DNA of 64,000 nt, taken from assembly GCA_904063045.1 (NCBI GenBank), contig CAJFCJ010000019.1:62001-126000 (forward strand), read 5' to 3'. A model generated the notes under the pieces. The model had not been told where the DNA came from and made no database searches. It saw nothing but the letters and a program-made list of their open reading frames with translations. The stretch's first letter is position 1, and each line of letters opens with the position of its first letter. Position numbers and translations under genes: made by a program. Positions 62,736-64,000 of this stretch are shown in pieces. Origin of the DNA: Dimorphilus gyrociliatus (lineage: Eukaryota; Animalia; Annelida).

Positions 62736-64000
62736 ATGAACTCTACTGACCTTGTCAACAATGATGCTGGAGGTTCTAATAGTGAGAGGAATCCATGTGT
62801 CTATTTCGAATTTTTCGTTGGTACGATACTTATTGGGAGCCTCTGTCTATTAGGAATAATTGGCAATTCCGCTGCTTTCGTTATATTCAATCGCCATAAA
62901 ACTGAAACTACAACTTTGTTTCTATTAAAGGCTTTGGCAATTTCTGATTCGTTTCTCTTATTGGCATCAATCATTATTTATGTGCTTAAGCCAATTCATC
63001 TATGGAATGGATCATTAGAAGGGTTTTACAACAACTTTGAACATGTACAGAAATTCGTTTGGCCAGCGTCCATGATGTGCCATACTACAACAATCATGCT
63101 AACAGTTCTGGTCACATTTAACAGGTATAGTTTCTTTACCAGGCCACATAAAAGCTATATTATAAATTCTATATTAAATATATAAGGATTTACTTTTATT
63201 AAAGACAATAAACTGTTACAAAGCGTATTTATAAGAAACTGTATATGTCTTTAATGTATATTTAATATTCATAGCTGAAATGTATAATTAAATAGCCCTC
63301 TTTCCAAACAACAAAGCCTTAACGGTTTCTCTTTATTCTCCTCCTACTTCTTTATCTAATAATTTGTTTCTATTCTTAACAGGTACATTGCCGTTTGTAA
63401 GCCCTGGCAGCCTCTAAGCAATCAACACACAAACCGGTGTACTTATACGGAAGTCTTTGCTGTAGTTGTCTTCGCTTTTCTTTTCAACGTACCGAGATAC
63501 TTTGAACACCATGTAATCGATAAAAAAATATCGAATGACACCAATCGAACGTCAACTAATATAAATCTAGGAGACAATAAGATATATCAATTGGTTTACT
63601 CTAACATCCTCTACTTTCCTGTTATGTACATTGTACCCTTAATCAGTTTGGCTTATCTAAACATAAAACTAATACGGACCATAAAAACTCTTAATGAGAA
63701 GAGGCAAGTTTTAACCGGACATAAAATGAGCAACGATGATCAAATAACAAACGTTATTATAGCTGTCGTTTTTATCTTTATTATCTGCCAAACTCCCGCC
63801 CTTATCAACCAAGTTCTGTGGTTAATCTTCTCGCAGGAGGATCGACAATGTGGTCGATTTCATTTTTATTATACTCGACTTAGTGACGTCTTGGTTGTTA
63901 CTAATTCGGGAGTTAATTTTATTATATATTGCTTATTTGGTAAAAGTTTTCGGCGTCTATTCTTTCAAACTGTATGTCCTGGTCGATCTTATGGAACTCA
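62736..64000 (+). CDS. Second FMRFamide-receptor-like GPCR; one intron (about 63124-63382); runs off the window
   Basis: GIIGNSA, LAISDSFLL, TFNR|YIAVCKP, FNVPRYFE, ICQTPAL and NSGVNFIIYCLFGKSFR. Confidence 0.9.

Noticed and set aside
1-64000. CRISPR arrays, operons, rRNA or tRNA genes
   Set aside because: The DNA is eukaryotic and intron-containing. No repeat-spacer periodicity or recognisable rRNA, tRNA or snRNA sequence was seen by eye; covariance-model scans were not run.

Overview
Eukaryotic, AT-rich, gene-dense genomic DNA with many very short (about 50-85 nt) GT-AG introns, so most genes are split across the ORF track. The gene content suggests a compact invertebrate genome, probably a lophotrochozoan such as an annelid (inference only). 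In order, the window holds: an intronless orphan protein rich in tyrosine motifs; a ~9 kb stretch with no recognisable gene; NDUFS7; an unknown multi-exon gene; MMADHC head-to-head with STRAP; an ankyrin gene head-to-head with ZNF236; two intronless questin-oxidase/DUF4243-like paralogs separated by a decayed gephyrin fragment; gephyrin; a 97-aa small ORF head-to-head with PP2A-B56; LAMTOR3 (absent from the ORF track); a secreted S9-like serine hydrolase; a non-alpha Cys-loop receptor subunit with a Tc1 IR/DR element in one intron; a spinster-like MFS transporter; an NRF-6-like acyltransferase; an intronless 818-aa LRR-only protein; and two FMRFamide-receptor-like GPCRs. The most notable observations are the microbial-type questin-oxidase duplicates and the duplication that captured gephyrin exons, three competing splice donors in MMADHC, the internally deleted Tc1 element with an in-frame mini-transposase, the unusual PDR pore motif, and the small ORF with a B56-docking motif beside B56. 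Exon coordinates were read by eye. Family assignments come from recalled motifs, not database searches.
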